A stretch of DNA of 64,000 bases from Lama guanicoe. Its lineage: Eukaryota. Below the pieces are notes generated by a model. The model saw only the letters and a program-made list of their open reading frames with translations, had not been told where the DNA came from and ran no database searches. Shown here piece by piece: positions 1 through 12,019 of this stretch; position 1 is the first letter of the stretch, and every line of letters begins with the position of its first letter. The translations under genes and the position numbers were made by a program. The DNA lies in assembly GCA_013239625.1 (NCBI GenBank), contig MU054323.1, positions 16,434,029 to 16,498,028 of the forward strand. The letters run 5' to 3'.

Positions 1-509
1 GTACATGCATCCTTTGTCTTCAGGTATAATTCTTCCAGCCTTGAGAACGAATGGGACTCCTTTGAGTTGGGAACATTACAACCAACCATTATCAGTCAGG
101 TAAAGAAAAATGGAAGTGCATATAGTTATTTTCTTTAAATATGTTGTGAGCTGTCAGGTGAGAGGGAATCTGTACAGTCCCAAGAAAAGAATCAGGTGTG
201 TGATTAAGGTTCAAGGAGAGGCTGGTGGGGCTGGATATGAGGAATAAGTCTAACCAGCTTGAGTTAATCAGCTCGAAGAATAGGAGAGGCCTGTCACAGG
301 AAGTTTTTCAGCTAAGCCTGAGATTGTGGTAGGGATTCCTGCGCCAGGACTGAAGTCTGGGGAGAGACCCCCTAGTTCATGTTCCTTCTTTAGAGTAGTA
401 GCCCCTGGTATGTGCACGCAAGCTACAGGTACACGCAGACAGGTGACAGAATCATAGATTTGTGTTTGAGATGTATTTATACTTAATATTACAGACTAAG
501 TATTTTAGG

Positions 510-670
510 ACAATGGGTTCCTCACACCATGTTCCCTGAAACCCTTGGGGCTCTAGGAAAGCACCTCTGGGACACTGGTGAAGGGAAGGGAGACTGAGAA
601 CTGTAGGGCCAACCAGTCTCTCTAACCATCCCTCCTTCCTCCTCTTTAACCAAAGAAATTCTGTTATTAT
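510..670. mobile_element. Degraded hAT-Charlie-like DNA transposon remnant (family uncertain)
   Basis: Terminal cagtgg-like motif and a segment 'ccctgaaacccttggggctctagg' typical of old Charlie MITEs; resembles 16025-16225; boundaries approximate. Confidence 0.35.
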
Positions 671-729
671 CTGTTAATATACTGGGCTTCTGTTAAGATT
701 TTCTTTCTTTGCCTTGGCAAAAAAAGAAC

Positions 730-806
730 GAAAGAAAGGGAGGAAGGGAGGAAGGAAGGGAGGAAGGAAGGAAGAAGAAAGAGGAAGGAAGGAAGGAAGG
801 AAGAAA
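730..806 (+). repeat. (GGAA)n-type polypurine simple repeat
   Basis: 77 consecutive purines, mostly GGAA/GGGA units. Confidence 0.95.
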
Positions 807-1099
807 TATTGGAAAGAGAACTGAGTCAAGAAGAGGGATTCAAGCTCTCTGTCACTCAAATTCTTAGGGACTTAGTTTTATCCTGTTAGAAGGAGAGGGG
901 CCAAGAAAACAAACGTTAGGGTTCTGTGATTCTAGACATTTACAGAAACGTCTAGCTTCCAGGGAATTTTAGGAAAAAAAAATACTTTTTAATGAAGTTA
1001 AGACTATTCTTAGAATCAAAATACTTTTTTAACTAGCTTATAAAATTTTCATTATCTTTTCTCATCCTTCCTGGTGTTAAATTAAGGGTACAAATCAAT

Positions 1100-1250
1100 G
1101 CCAGTGACTTTCTCTGGGAGCCTCAGCTTGCTCATCTGTAGAGTGGAGACAGTAACGATATCTTCTTAGGAGAAGACAACACACAAAGTGTTTGACAAAG
1201 TCCTGTTAGGCGATGAATTTACAATCAATGGGAGGGGCAGTTATTATTAT
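1100..1250 (+). mobile_element. MIR SINE fragment
   Basis: MIR core-like 'gagcctcagcttgctcatctgtagagtggagacagtaa' and a terminal ttattatta tail. Confidence 0.65.
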
Positions 1251-1406
1251 TAATGATTCCAAAAAAACTAGAGCTGCATAAGGAACAAAGCCTGGAAAGT
1301 TACCATCGGGATTTCTTCCCAAACATTTCTTTTAGACCTTGGGATTTGGCCACTTAAACTGTTACAAATAATGTGAAAACCCCCCAAAATGGTCTGGCTT
1401 CAAGTA

Positions 1407-1714
1407 TAGTCATCCCTCAGTATCCACAGGGGTGGGAGTTGGGGGAGGTGAGGGGTTGGTTTCAGGATGTCCCACGGGTACCAAAATCCACAGATGCTCA
1501 AGTCTTTTATATAAAGTGGTGTAGTATTTACATATAACTTTAAATCATCTCTAGATTACCTATGATACCTAATGCAATGTAAATGCTATATAAACAGTTG
1601 CTAGTGTATAACAAATTCAAGATTTGCTTTTGGAACTCCCTGCCCCTGAATGCTTTTGATCTGCTGTTGGTTGAGTCTGCAGATGGAGAACCCATGGATA
1701 CGGAGAGCCAACTG
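1407..1714 (-). mobile_element. MER2-type (TcMar-Tigger) non-autonomous DNA transposon
   Basis: Inverted termini (agtcatccctcagtatcc ... ggatacggagagccaactg); internal 'taaatcatctctagattac'; reverse complement of the copies at 13.5 kb and 29.8 kb. Confidence 0.85.
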
Positions 1715-2129
1715 TCCAATTCCTCATTCTGAGAAAAAGCTGGGATTGGGAAGAAGTCACTGTTTTACTCCCCACACCGCCCCTGAGCTATGTGGGCAGG
1801 GGCACTCAGCCAGCAGGCAGGCGAGTGAAGCACACTTGCCCCTCAGGGGAGCCTACCACAGAAGGGCTTCCATGAGAGGAATGCAGAGCAGAGTCCACTC
1901 TTGAGTGTAAACTTGTATGCAACATAGAGAGCACCAAAAATCTAGGTTATTTGGGAAGACATTTCACTCTGAAGTCATCTGGGAGCAGGGAAACAGTTTC
2001 CAGTTTGGTGCTATGCTGTGCACACAGCGGGACAGGTGGTTTGAGCTGATTCACTCAGTAAGCAGCAGGCTCTGGAGACAGCCTTCCGCATGCCTTCACC
2101 CAGGCCCTGGCTAGTCACTCACCTCCCAC

Positions 2130-2600
2130 GTTCATTCAACAACAAACATCTACTGAGGACCTACTGAGTGCTGGGCACTATTCTAGGAACCGAGGCCACA
2201 ATGATGTGGTCACTGAGCCTACATCCCCGCATGGAGACAAGTGATCGGTAAGTACGCCGAAAATGAATGGTTCACGCAGGCATGGCTGGAGAGGTCTAGA
2301 TGAGCACCAGGAAACAACACTAGGACCATCATTCTTCCAGCACCTGGGCTGCCTGGTCTGTGCTCTCAGTGGACACATGGTACTGAGACGCCACAAGCAC
2401 ACCTGGACAGGAGAAAGCTTCAGTGGATGTTGAAACTGCCCGGCTGAGAAGACACTGAGGAAGTGCTGGTGGTGGCTTGATTTTCAGAGGACCTTGGATG
2501 ATCATTACTACCAGAACCAAAGGGTTGGAGGTGCCTCCTTTTGAATTTGAATGTTTTGGTAGCCTGGGAAGGAATAATTTTACTATGGCTGGACATAAGC
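2130..2600 (-). mobile_element. L2 LINE 3' fragment
   Basis: Starts with the reversed L2 3' end 'ttcattcaacaacaaacatctactgaggacctactgagtgctgggcactattctagg'; distal boundary approximate. Confidence 0.7.
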
Positions 2601-3809
2601 TGGATAACTGAAAACAATTTCTAGCTTGGCAAGAGATGATGCTCTAGGTAAAATCAGATAAGATGGGTAGGACTAGACTGTCTGCTTTTTCATGAAGTCC
2701 TATTGTAAGAAAGATGAATGCCAAGCTAAACTAGGTTCAGTCCCTACTCTCAGAAGTTGATAGTCTACACAGCCACAAGGGTCAATAAATGATAATTTGA
2801 GCACAGTTAAGTATTACAATAGAAGGTACAAAACACTATGACAATGTCTCAGATGCAAGAGAAGAAATAATAATGGAATCACAGCAGTTTAGAGCCAAGA
2901 GAGAGCTTGGAGAACTTTTGAATGGCTTCCTTTGTAGTCCTACTCCTCCCCTTCCACATCTTCATAGACAGAGCATGCCCAGAGAAGGACAAGGATTCAC
3001 CTTGTGACATAACTGGCCAGTCAAGGGCTTAGAGCCTCATCTCCTGCTGTGTTAAAATCAATGTTATATGTCTGAACTGATCCTTGGCAAAACAAAAAAA
3101 AAGTTTAAAAAATAGGTAAAAAGAGAAAGAAATCACATATATTCTGCAAGGGCAAAGCCACATTTCACCAATAATGCCTTTGCTTCTTTAAAAAGTTGTG
3201 TGTAGCCTAAATGATTATAATGGATTTGAACAGACAGGTCTTTTTCAACTAAACTCAGTCATCTATCATTGGCATGTGTCTACAAATATGACCTTCAAGT
3301 TGTCACCAGAACATGACGGATTCCCAATGTGTAAGCTGTCTAAATAGAGGCCTGACTTTGAAGTTCTCTGCCTTCCACGCTGGCTTTGGCTGCTCTGCCC
3401 AGATCTGTACCAGTCTGCTTTTCAACACAGGGTTTTACATTATTAGTAGTAAGGTTGCTATGCTAATAGGTGTCACTGATCTTGGGTCGCTGGATTCTAG
3501 AGCTAGAGATTATCTGAAATCATTTGGCACCAAATGTCTCATCTTAGAGATGAGAATAAGACCCTGAGTGGACATAGTTCCATAGCGTGGGTCACCAGAA
3601 TCTGTTTTCTGATCACTAGTCCCTCTGTGATTCTCTCCTCTTAGTTCTGCATAAGTTTTAGCAAATATCAGATAAAATGGGGTGGTGTTTGCTGGTATCT
3701 TCCAGCATGTTCTTGTGGCTCTGTTCCTGTATACCCTGTGTTCTCTAAAATGTCCTTGAGTTCCTTCAGCTCTGTGGCATGTGGCTTGACAGTTCCTACA
3801 GTGTTTTCT

Positions 3810-3960
3810 GCCAGACTAGCTTTGCCAGCTGCTCTGTGGGCAAAATGACTTGAGAGACACTATCTCCTCATGGAGGTTCACTGTACACAGTGACATGTTA
3901 AATGCTCTGAAAAGTCCTGCAGAAAGGGACCTCCATCAAACTGGTTTCCCAAAGAACGTT
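3810..3960. mobile_element. hAT-Charlie (MER113/Charlie4-like) fragment
   Basis: 'aaatgctctgaaaagtcctgcag...aactggtttcccaaa' resembles the recalled consensus. Confidence 0.45.
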
Positions 3961-5327
3961 TTTCTGATGCTATTCATGTAGAGTTCACATTAGATGGTGT
4001 GATCTCTGTGACGCAGTTTAACAAAGAACCAAAGGCTAGAAGGCTGATGATGACATTCTCAATTATGCAAATAAAACCCAAATCACTGAAAATCCAGGTT
4101 TTTAAAAATTTTAAATTTGAGATACAAAGTCTACTATTAATTCATGACTTGATGAAGCAAATACTAATTTGAACTCATCAGCCCTCAAACTCATCAGTCT
4201 TCTTGGCTATTCAGAAATAGTAAACTTTTAAAAATCAGTGTGATTTGTATTATAAAACTGTATGGTTTAATTTCAAAAACTGCTCTTCCACCAGAGGTAC
4301 TGTCGAACTCAGTCCATCATCATGAGACTGGTGAAATCTGGCATTGAAGAAGTACATCAAGGCCAAGGAAGGCTTTTTTTTTTTTTTAAAGGAAAGAATA
4401 TACCTGACTATTGCTGTGGAACTATTTAGCTATTTATATTATTTATTCTGGTTTGTGGGATGCCATTTTGATTTGTAACCTTTAGAGGGGAGGGGCAGGA
4501 AAAAGGAAGATTCCAAATGGAGGTGGGTAGTCCTAAGGCTACTACCCTTGATTTTGAGGCAACCTGGGTTGTTTTAAGCCAAGCCATCCTTTCCAGAATC
4601 CCTACTTCGGTCTGAGTAACCTCCCACAGCTAATCACAAACCCACAGTATCAAAGGCAGAGGAGGCCAGGCAGGCCCCATGGGTTATCCAGGGCACCCCT
4701 CTAGGTTTCAAAGGCCTCCTTATTCTATCTTTCACACCAGAAGCTTATCTGGCAGGGTCCGGGCAAGTGCAGAACTTAGAATTGTAATGAGGCCCGACTT
4801 ATGCCAAGGCGAGAGCCTTCCTGCCTGGTTTACTCCTGGCACCTGCCTCTTGCTTCAGCTTCTTTTGGAGCAACATCATTATGAAACATGTATTAAATGT
4901 CCAGTGAGTGCCAAGGACTGAAGGGCCAGGCTCCATGGATGTGGTCATTGGTCTCAAGGGGTGACTGTCCAGATCAGTTACTGGACCCTGTAACCCCTGA
5001 CCCTCTAGAACATCAAAGCAAGGACTGTGTTCCACACACTAAACTCCACTTCATCTTTGGCACCTGAAATTCCTGGTAAGTCTCTTTGTGGTTACTGCTA
5101 GCAGTTTGATGCAGGATGCACTGCAGAAGACTGTTGCCATACCTGGGAGACTGAACTATCTTCAGTAAATAAAATAATTTACATGGTACTCCCTAAGGCT
5201 GGCAACTACTGTCATGTTCTGTATGGCGGTAGTGTGAGGTATGGTGTACTACGAAATAAGTTGTGCCAGAGGCCAAAAACCCTTGGAAGAGTCAGATGTA
5301 ATAGCTTCCCTGGCCCTCCTTCCTTTA

Positions 5328-5505
5328 GCGCAAGGTCAAACAGACCTGAGTTCAAACCTGATTCTACTTACTTTGCTGTGTGACTTTGGCCAAGTTACTA
5401 AACCTTTCTGGGCCCAATTTCTCAACTGGAAAATAAGAACAGTACTATCTGCCTCAGAGAGCAGTTGTGAATATTAAATGAGACAACCACTATTAAGCAC
5501 CTAGG
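5328..5505 (+). mobile_element. MIR SINE
   Basis: 'cagacctgagttcaaacctgattctacttactttgctgtgtgactttggccaagttactaaacctttctgggcc'. Confidence 0.85.
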
Positions 5506-5534
5506 GGAACAACAAAAATAATTGTAAAGCATCA

Positions 5535-5725
5535 ACTTTTTATTGGGTGTCCTCTGACCTGGCACTGTTCTAAAGGCATTATTTTTAAACTTATTTAATC
5601 CTCAGAGTAACATCATCTGCATTTTTGTAATTGATAAACTAAGTAATTTGCTCCAGGACCCACAAGTATTAAGCACCACGGCGAGGATATGAACCCAGAC
5701 AGCCCCTGACTCAGAGGCCTTTAAC
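5535..5725 (-). mobile_element. MIR SINE (opposite orientation)
   Basis: 'ttatttaatcctca...aagtaatttgctccaggacccaca...ggatatgaacccagacag'. Confidence 0.7.
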
Positions 5726-5794
5726 CTGAGAGGATTAGCCATTCATACATGCACATATTGGGTTGTTAAATTGCATATGCGTGCTTAGGTATGT

Positions 5795-5960
5795 TCCTTA
5801 CTGTTTAATTTTAGGCAAGTTATATATAACTTGTTCTCAGCTTCGATACCTGTGAAATGGGGATACTAACGGTGCCTTCTTCATTGAGTAATTATTAGAA
5901 ATAAATGAGTTAATCAAGGTAAAAGGCTGAGAAGAGGGCTTGGCACTTAGGACAGGCTCC
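5795..5960 (+). mobile_element. MIR SINE
   Basis: 'ggcaagtta...ctgtgaaatggggatactaacggtgcct...taaatgagttaat'. Confidence 0.75.
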
Positions 5961-8685
5961 ATGTAGGAAGTACCCTTAACATCCAAAGTCATGGAACAGT
6001 GTGATATATTAAGAGAATTCTTGGGCTAAAACGCTTGATAAAGATTTTGTTGCTCAATAGAGTAGTTTCAAATGATTATACTGTTCTTGCTATCAAACAT
6101 ACTGAATTTAAAAAATAAATTTAAGTTCCTTTTCCATCAATGAATAAACAGGTCTGCTGGATTCTGGTTAGAAAGAAATTATGCCAGGGCTAGATAAACT
6201 CAGGATGAAAGCATGAATTTTAATTTTAAAAAATCAGAGCAGTCTTCTCAGAGGTTTTTCAGGTTATGAATTGAAGTCCACCCATTGGAATAAATGCTAT
6301 GGCTACTGGGTAAAAAGCTTGTGAAAAATTTATGGCCTGGTAAAAATCTTTGGGTCATGTAGGTTAAAACAGCTCTATCCCCGATGCTGTTGAATCCCAT
6401 GAATTTTAGTAGTGAAAAAGGGCAGCTTTTGTGAACATGTTGGACATAAAACACCACATTAAAGGAAAAGCTGGAGTGCAGATAGGGCAAACCAGTTCAT
6501 GTGAGCACTTTTGCAGTGATTTTTATTACTTTGTGTTTATTCATCTTTGCACCACGTTTAAATTTACAATAAAAAGAAAAAAAATGTGCAACACTCATTA
6601 CTCTAGCTGTCTTTACATGTTCTATTGAGATAGAACAGAATTTCACTCTCAGATTTTGGGGGAAGGGGGAGCTTATCTTATTTCATGTCTGTAACTGCTG
6701 CCACAGCACCATGTTCCAATCATGGAATTCATAATGTAAACGATACAGATCTCTTGCAGATGATAGCCACTAGAAAACAGAAACTGCCATGGATCCAGAA
6801 ACACTTCCAAATTTCTCCTCGAAAGTTCTTATCTCTGAGTCCAGAGGCTAGAACTGAGTCTTTTATTCAATGAGTGAGGCCTGCTGGGAAATCTGCATTC
6901 TTTGGGAGACTTAATGAAGAACTTTCAACCCTTCCCTGGTTCCTTGACTATTAGGCTTTATCATTTATTTCACATATGACAATGCTAAGCATTTCACAAC
7001 CACCTAAACTTAATCTCTGAGTGTTTAAATCTAATCTGAAAACATACCTGTGTCGCTCATTCTTAACTGCCAACAAGAGCTCATACAAATTTCAGCTGGT
7101 ATCAAAAAGAAGACCTCTGAAACTGTCCAGAAAAGAAGCTGCCATTTCCTGGTGGTTAGATGAAAGATCTTTTCAAAGTCAGAACATTATAGGAGTCTTC
7201 TAAATTGCCTTAGGAATATCCCGAGTCACCACCAGAGCTTCTGGGAGAGCCTTTTGTCTCCCAGTGATGTTAAGGGAAGTCCCCAAGAAATGCTTTGCTA
7301 TTCAGATGTAGACATCTGCTGCTCTCCTGATCTTTGCTCTTTTTAAAAGTCAGCACCCCCAAGAAACTCTATGATGTGGTGAAGCTAAAAAGCTGAGGGG
7401 TGGGGAGAAATCTTTGTCTCCCTAACACATTTATCAGTTCCTTCCCTCTACCTAGCACCTCCCCCTCCACCACCCCCTACACCCTCAGCACACAGCAACA
7501 GTGACTCCCCCAACTACACCAGGGCTGAAAAGATTCATGTTGCAATACCCTCCTGACATTCCTATTCCCGCCCTCATTTTAATTCACTCACTCTTTCTTT
7601 TCTTTTTTTTTAAAAAAACCAAATGTAATTACTTGACTGTCAGCCTGGGCTGCACTCTGGGGCTTTTACTCCTTTCAACACAGCTGCGCTCCCGGCTTTG
7701 ATGCTGCTGTCCACGCAGCTTGTCCCAGCCACAGCCTGGCTCTCCATAATGTAACATTCAAGTGCATATTTATTTTTAAACTGACCTCTCCTAGACTGTA
7801 CAGTATAAAGGAGGTCCTGCCAAAAAATATGCTACTTTCTATTTATAAGATGAAACACATGCCTCCCGAAGTCGAGAGGGGGATGGAGTATAATAATTCA
7901 TAACGAAAAAATGACTGGCCAGATCCATTCGTCCTCACATGTCTGATACTTGTCTATGTCAGAACACTTTGTTTCAAGGAGAAAGGAAAAAGAAAATCTC
8001 GAAAACGCTTCAGCTGTTCAGAAACCACCATCAAAACAAAAACAAAACCAAAATCAAAAACAAAACCTGCCTGATCTGCAGGTTGGAGCCAACAGCCACA
8101 GTGCACCCAAGTCAAGGGAGGAGACGGCACCCGGCGGGTACTGCCACCGCTGATCTGCACGGTGCACCCTTGTGCGGCTCTAGGGCCAATCCACGATGGG
8201 AAGGGAGCGGTAGCCATGTGCGGCTTGTTCTCAGATGGAAAAATGCAATACGCGCCCAGAATGGCTGTCAATAGCTCGGAGGGTGCAGTGTAGCCGTGCA
8301 GCCCCACCCTGAAAAGTGGTGGGCACAAATGGTGGAGCTCTGCGTCCTGGTCGTGCCACCCGCACCCCCCCCCCAGTTTGCTTTATGTCCCGTTTGCTCC
8401 TTTGTAAACCAGCTGGAAGGTGATGCCCTCGGTATCCCCGCTTCCTGTGCGTTTCCAAGCCTGGCACCCCACGCACGCCGGAAGGAGCCACGGCCGGGGG
8501 TTGGACAGACTCACAGACACGCAGAGAAGGAGCCGTGGGCATGCAGCAACTCACCAGTAGCGCCAAGGATCCCAGCCGCTGCCCCCAGGGCCGGTCGCCC
8601 GTCACCGATACCTCCCGAGGGCGCACGCAGTCCCTGCTCGCCACGCGCAGATCCAGCCGGGTCAGCTGGCGCGGCGCCTACTCAC

Positions 8686-8690
8686 AGCAT
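8686..8690 (-). CDS. Possible 5-nt initial coding segment (Met + split Leu codon, phase-2 intron)
   Basis: ATG at 8690-8688 with A at -3, immediately before the GTGAGT donor; could instead be a uORF or non-coding. Confidence 0.4.
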
Positions 8691-8850
8691 TATCCGTTCC
8701 AAGACAGTGAAGGCGCCTGAGGCGGGGGTCTCCCGGCTCTCCCCTAACTCGGGCCCAGCCGCTGCGCTCTCCACCCTCTTGGGCGGCGGCCTGCGGCTGG
8801 GAAGGTGCGAGCTAGACTGAGCTCTCAGCTGCGGAACGCCGGGACTGAAC
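8686..8850 (-). other. Putative first exon of an unidentified minus-strand gene (5' UTR plus possible ATG-CT start)
   Basis: Minus strand reads ...ggaacggata ATG CT | GTGAGT, with a consensus donor at 8685-8680; it lies directly downstream of the GC-box cluster; the TSS near 8850 is estimated. Confidence 0.7.
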
Positions 8851-8857
8851 CTGCGAA

Positions 8858-8917
8858 GGGCGGGGCGGCGCGGGGCGGGGCCGGCGGCGCGGAGGGCGGG
8901 CCGGGGCGGGGCGGAGG
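8858..8917. promoter_or_regulatory. Sp/KLF GC-box cluster (six GGGCGG) with G-quadruplex potential
   Basis: GGGCGG at 8858, 8863, 8873, 8894, 8904 and 8909; eight G-runs of 3 or more on the + strand. Confidence 0.85.
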
Positions 8918-9596
8918 CCAAGGGCCGCGAGTTGACCAGACCCGCCGGGGTACCTGCGCCCCGGTACAGGGCGCGTGGACCGGGGTCATGAGCTGCCTGG
9001 CCAGCGGGACCTCGAAGGACAATGGGCGCTCATTGTTATCGCCCCAGTGTTACCCTCACGGATGCGGCTTCCCTCGGAGAAGCTGTGCTCGGCTCCCTCG
9101 GCACAAAGACGCTCGGGACGCTCGGTTCAAAAAGGGACCCGAGGTACTAGTGCCCGGTGTCAGAGGACAAAGGGACTCCGCCCGCAACCCAGACACATGT
9201 ATTAAACCTCGTGCGCCCACCTCTCCTTGTCCAAACGAGCCGATCTAGCCCGACAAGCCTCCGCGCGGGGTGCTGGGGACTCTCGGAAAGCAGAAGCCAC
9301 CTGATCGCGCCGCCTCAGCCGAGCCACGGGTCCCCGGGCCACTCGAAGCCCAGGCTTGCGGGGAGGGTCGCGTTCTGTCAGTTTCCAGCTCGATTCCGCT
9401 CGGAGCTGTCGCCAAAACCTGGAGAGTGGATCTGGCGCAATGGAGACGCCGGGGGCTGCCGGTAGGGCAAGTGGGCACGCGAACAGTCGACGTTGCAGGT
9501 TTTTCCAGTCCCGGGGGAGGTGTTTCCTCTCCCGCAGGGTCCCTGAAAGAGACTTGCCTAAAGCTGGGGCAGGCGGGTGGAGGCCGCCCCAGACGG

Positions 9597-9824
9597 CAAA
9601 TGGCGCAGCGACCGGCTCTGGAGCGTAAAATTCGGCCTTGGGCCGCACCTGCGCCCGCCGGTCATTGCGGCCACCGCCGCTGCGCGCCCCGCCCTTCCTC
9701 CGGGTAAATTAATCTTCTTAATCCATCTCGTCTCTCCCTTCTTAAGTAGTCCGCCTGGGGAATGAGTAGGCGACAGGAAAGGGCGTCGTTTTCCTGCTGT
9801 AAGGTTCCAGTCTCTACGGTAAGC
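9597..9824 (+). promoter_or_regulatory. Second promoter-like module with a plus-strand splice donor (possible divergent transcript exon 1)
   Basis: YY1-like CAAATGGCG at 9597-9605, GC box GCCCCGCCC at 9686-9694, donor ACG|GTAAGC with GT at 9819-9820 near the island edge. Confidence 0.45.
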
Positions 9825-11337
9825 CTGGGGAGAGGGCTGGAACCCAGGAGAATCGGGTGCTCTGGGCCTGGCCTCAGCCCTGCGACTCAGGCTGGCTGCA
9901 AATCCTGGCACAAAGAGAGAGCCCCCAGGTGACCTTGACTTTACAGCTTCAGGTCATCACCTCAACGCCCCTGGGTCTGTCTGAAACCTTAGAGGATGCA
10001 CTTGAAACCTACGTTGTAAACCTCGGCTGACGTTAAGGTGAAATGAAAAGGAAACGGACATAACTGTTGTGGAAAGCAAAATACTTGGGTGGAGTGTTAA
10101 AAGCCTCAAAGAAAATAATAGTTGGCAGGTCAAATGGCCATGAAGTTGGAAGTCAAAGACAAAACTCAGCTGAAGTGATGTTAGAAATTTGACAAGCAAA
10201 ACAGTCCATGAAGATAAGAGACCTAGCATTATTTCCTTTCTTGAAATGACAACTACTCTCAAGTTTCCTTTGGCAGATACCTGGATTTTACTGTAGATTC
10301 CTGAGAGTTTTACCAGGGATTCATATTTCAAAATATATGTTCCCTTTGGCACTAATGTATATATTTTATGTATGAATTTATTGAAAAATATTAAATGTTA
10401 CTGACCTACTTAGATAAGGGTATTTTATAAATATTTATGCATAGCTTTCATTGCACATGGTATTTTTATAAGTACATATAGTATGTATATATATTTATTA
10501 AATACCACATGAAAAATTCCTTTTGCACACAGACATTCTTTACACATGTGTCTTGTGTGTAAAACATTTTTCATTTGCTCTGCTGTTAGCTGCTGTTAAA
10601 AACACTTTATTTCCACATGACTAAGTAACTTCTTTTTACAGCTTCTGCAAATATAGAGTGGCAGGTTGTTTAAGGTAGTAATTTTATTCCCAAACCCCAT
10701 TTTCACTTTTCTACACCTTTCCTCAACTTCTAGAGACATTCCCTCTCAGCCCTTTCTTTATGATGGGACCTAACTTTTGGGCTCTAAGCAGTTTATCCAG
10801 AAGCTACCCCTTCAAGGGCCTGGTGGTGCTGATTTGATTTATTCTGGCTTCTTTGATGTTCCACATTATTTACTTTTACTGAACATCTTGGTGTTGCACA
10901 TCTCCAGTGAGGGAGAATGCCCTTATATGGTGGAGTATCATTTCAAGTGAGGGCATTTCCTGTACTATGATGGCTTTTAGGTTTGATGGATTTTGATTTC
11001 AATACGGGAGAGAGAACAGCTTTGCTTTAGGAATATTTTAGGGGTTCGGAGATTCTACTCTGGGTTACAGAAAAGTTTAGTCTTGAAAACTGGTGGTAAC
11101 CTTAGAAGCCTGAGTGAGACTAGGAAGGTAGACGTAGAGAAGATATTTTAATCAGGTTCAATTAGTGCACTCATATATGTAGAGCAAGCATCTGTCAGGC
11201 CCAACTGTGGGCTATTTTTCTGTTAGCCCCAGCTGTGGGAGAAGAGCCAAGAAGTGTCAGCAGAAACCTGCAATCTACTTAAGGGGCAGAGAGCAACAAG
11301 CCAGTGTATGCAAACAAGTGTTGATTAGAAATACAAT

Positions 11338-11468
11338 AGCCTCTTGTCACCAAGTATGGTCCTGGGACCAGCAGCATCAAACTTTACTCCAGAGCTACTG
11401 AATTGGAATCTTCATTTTAATGAAATTAGATAGTTCATGTGCACATATGGTGTGTGAGAAGCACTAGT
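11338..11468. mobile_element. MER5-type hAT-Charlie MITE
   Basis: 'aagtatggtcctgggaccagcagcatca...tgagaagcactag'. Confidence 0.65.
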
Positions 11469-11473
11469 CAAAA

Positions 11474-11615
11474 GGAGTGGTTCTCAATCCTTAAATCACG
11501 GACTCATTTTAAAATCTCATGGGACTTATGAACACTCTTTTCAGGAAAACACACACAGAATTACACATAAACTCTTTCCTGTTCAATTTGAGGGTTGCCC
11601 TGAACACCAGTTGAT
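11474..11615. mobile_element. Adjacent hAT-Charlie-like MITE remnant
   Basis: Starts 'agtggttctcaatcctt...cacggactcattttaaaatct', a Charlie-type terminus. Confidence 0.45.
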
Positions 11616-12019
11616 TGATGGCGAGGAAATCCTAAACTCCAGTCACAGCTCCAGAAGGGCCACTGAGTGTCGTTGGTCAGGGGAGTTAAGGGAGGATTCT
11701 TATAGGAGGTAGAGCTTAAGTTAAGCTTTGAAATATGGGAGACATTGAACAGGGAGAGGAGTCAAAAGGGCATTTCAGGCAGGTGAAATGAATGGGTACA
11801 TGAATCCAGAAGATAAAGCAACACATATCCATTTTTATAAGGAGTAAAGTGAAAATGAGGAGACTGTAGTTTTATAGCACGGTCTCCTTACAATTCATTA
11901 TCACTGAACCCCCCCCCCAAATGAAACTGGACTGTGGGCTCAGTGGTTCTTCCACTTTGGGGGCACCAGGAACATATGGTGACATGTGGTTCTAGGTAAG
12001 ACCTCATTTCCAATTACTA

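Larger units (their letters stand above)
8120..9830. promoter_or_regulatory. CpG island / probable bidirectional promoter
   Basis: Abrupt GC- and CpG-rich stretch in an otherwise CpG-depleted window; no repeats; splice donors pointing outward on both strands. Confidence 0.92.

Noticed and set aside
1..120. Possible minus-strand exon 2 at the window start
   Set aside because: No proper polypyrimidine tract next to an AG, and no recognisable peptide
5816..5833. Perfect 18-bp palindrome caagttatatataacttg
   Set aside because: AT-rich, inside a MIR, and plausible by chance in 64 kb
7939..9911. Many overlapping 100-174 aa ORFs across the CpG island
   Set aside because: Expected from high GC content (few stop codons); Ala/Arg/Pro/Gly-rich in several frames with no recognisable domain
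10620..10680. Plus-strand acceptor tttttacAG at 10641 with weak donors at 10665 and 10675
   Set aside because: Donors are non-consensus; likely a pseudo-exon
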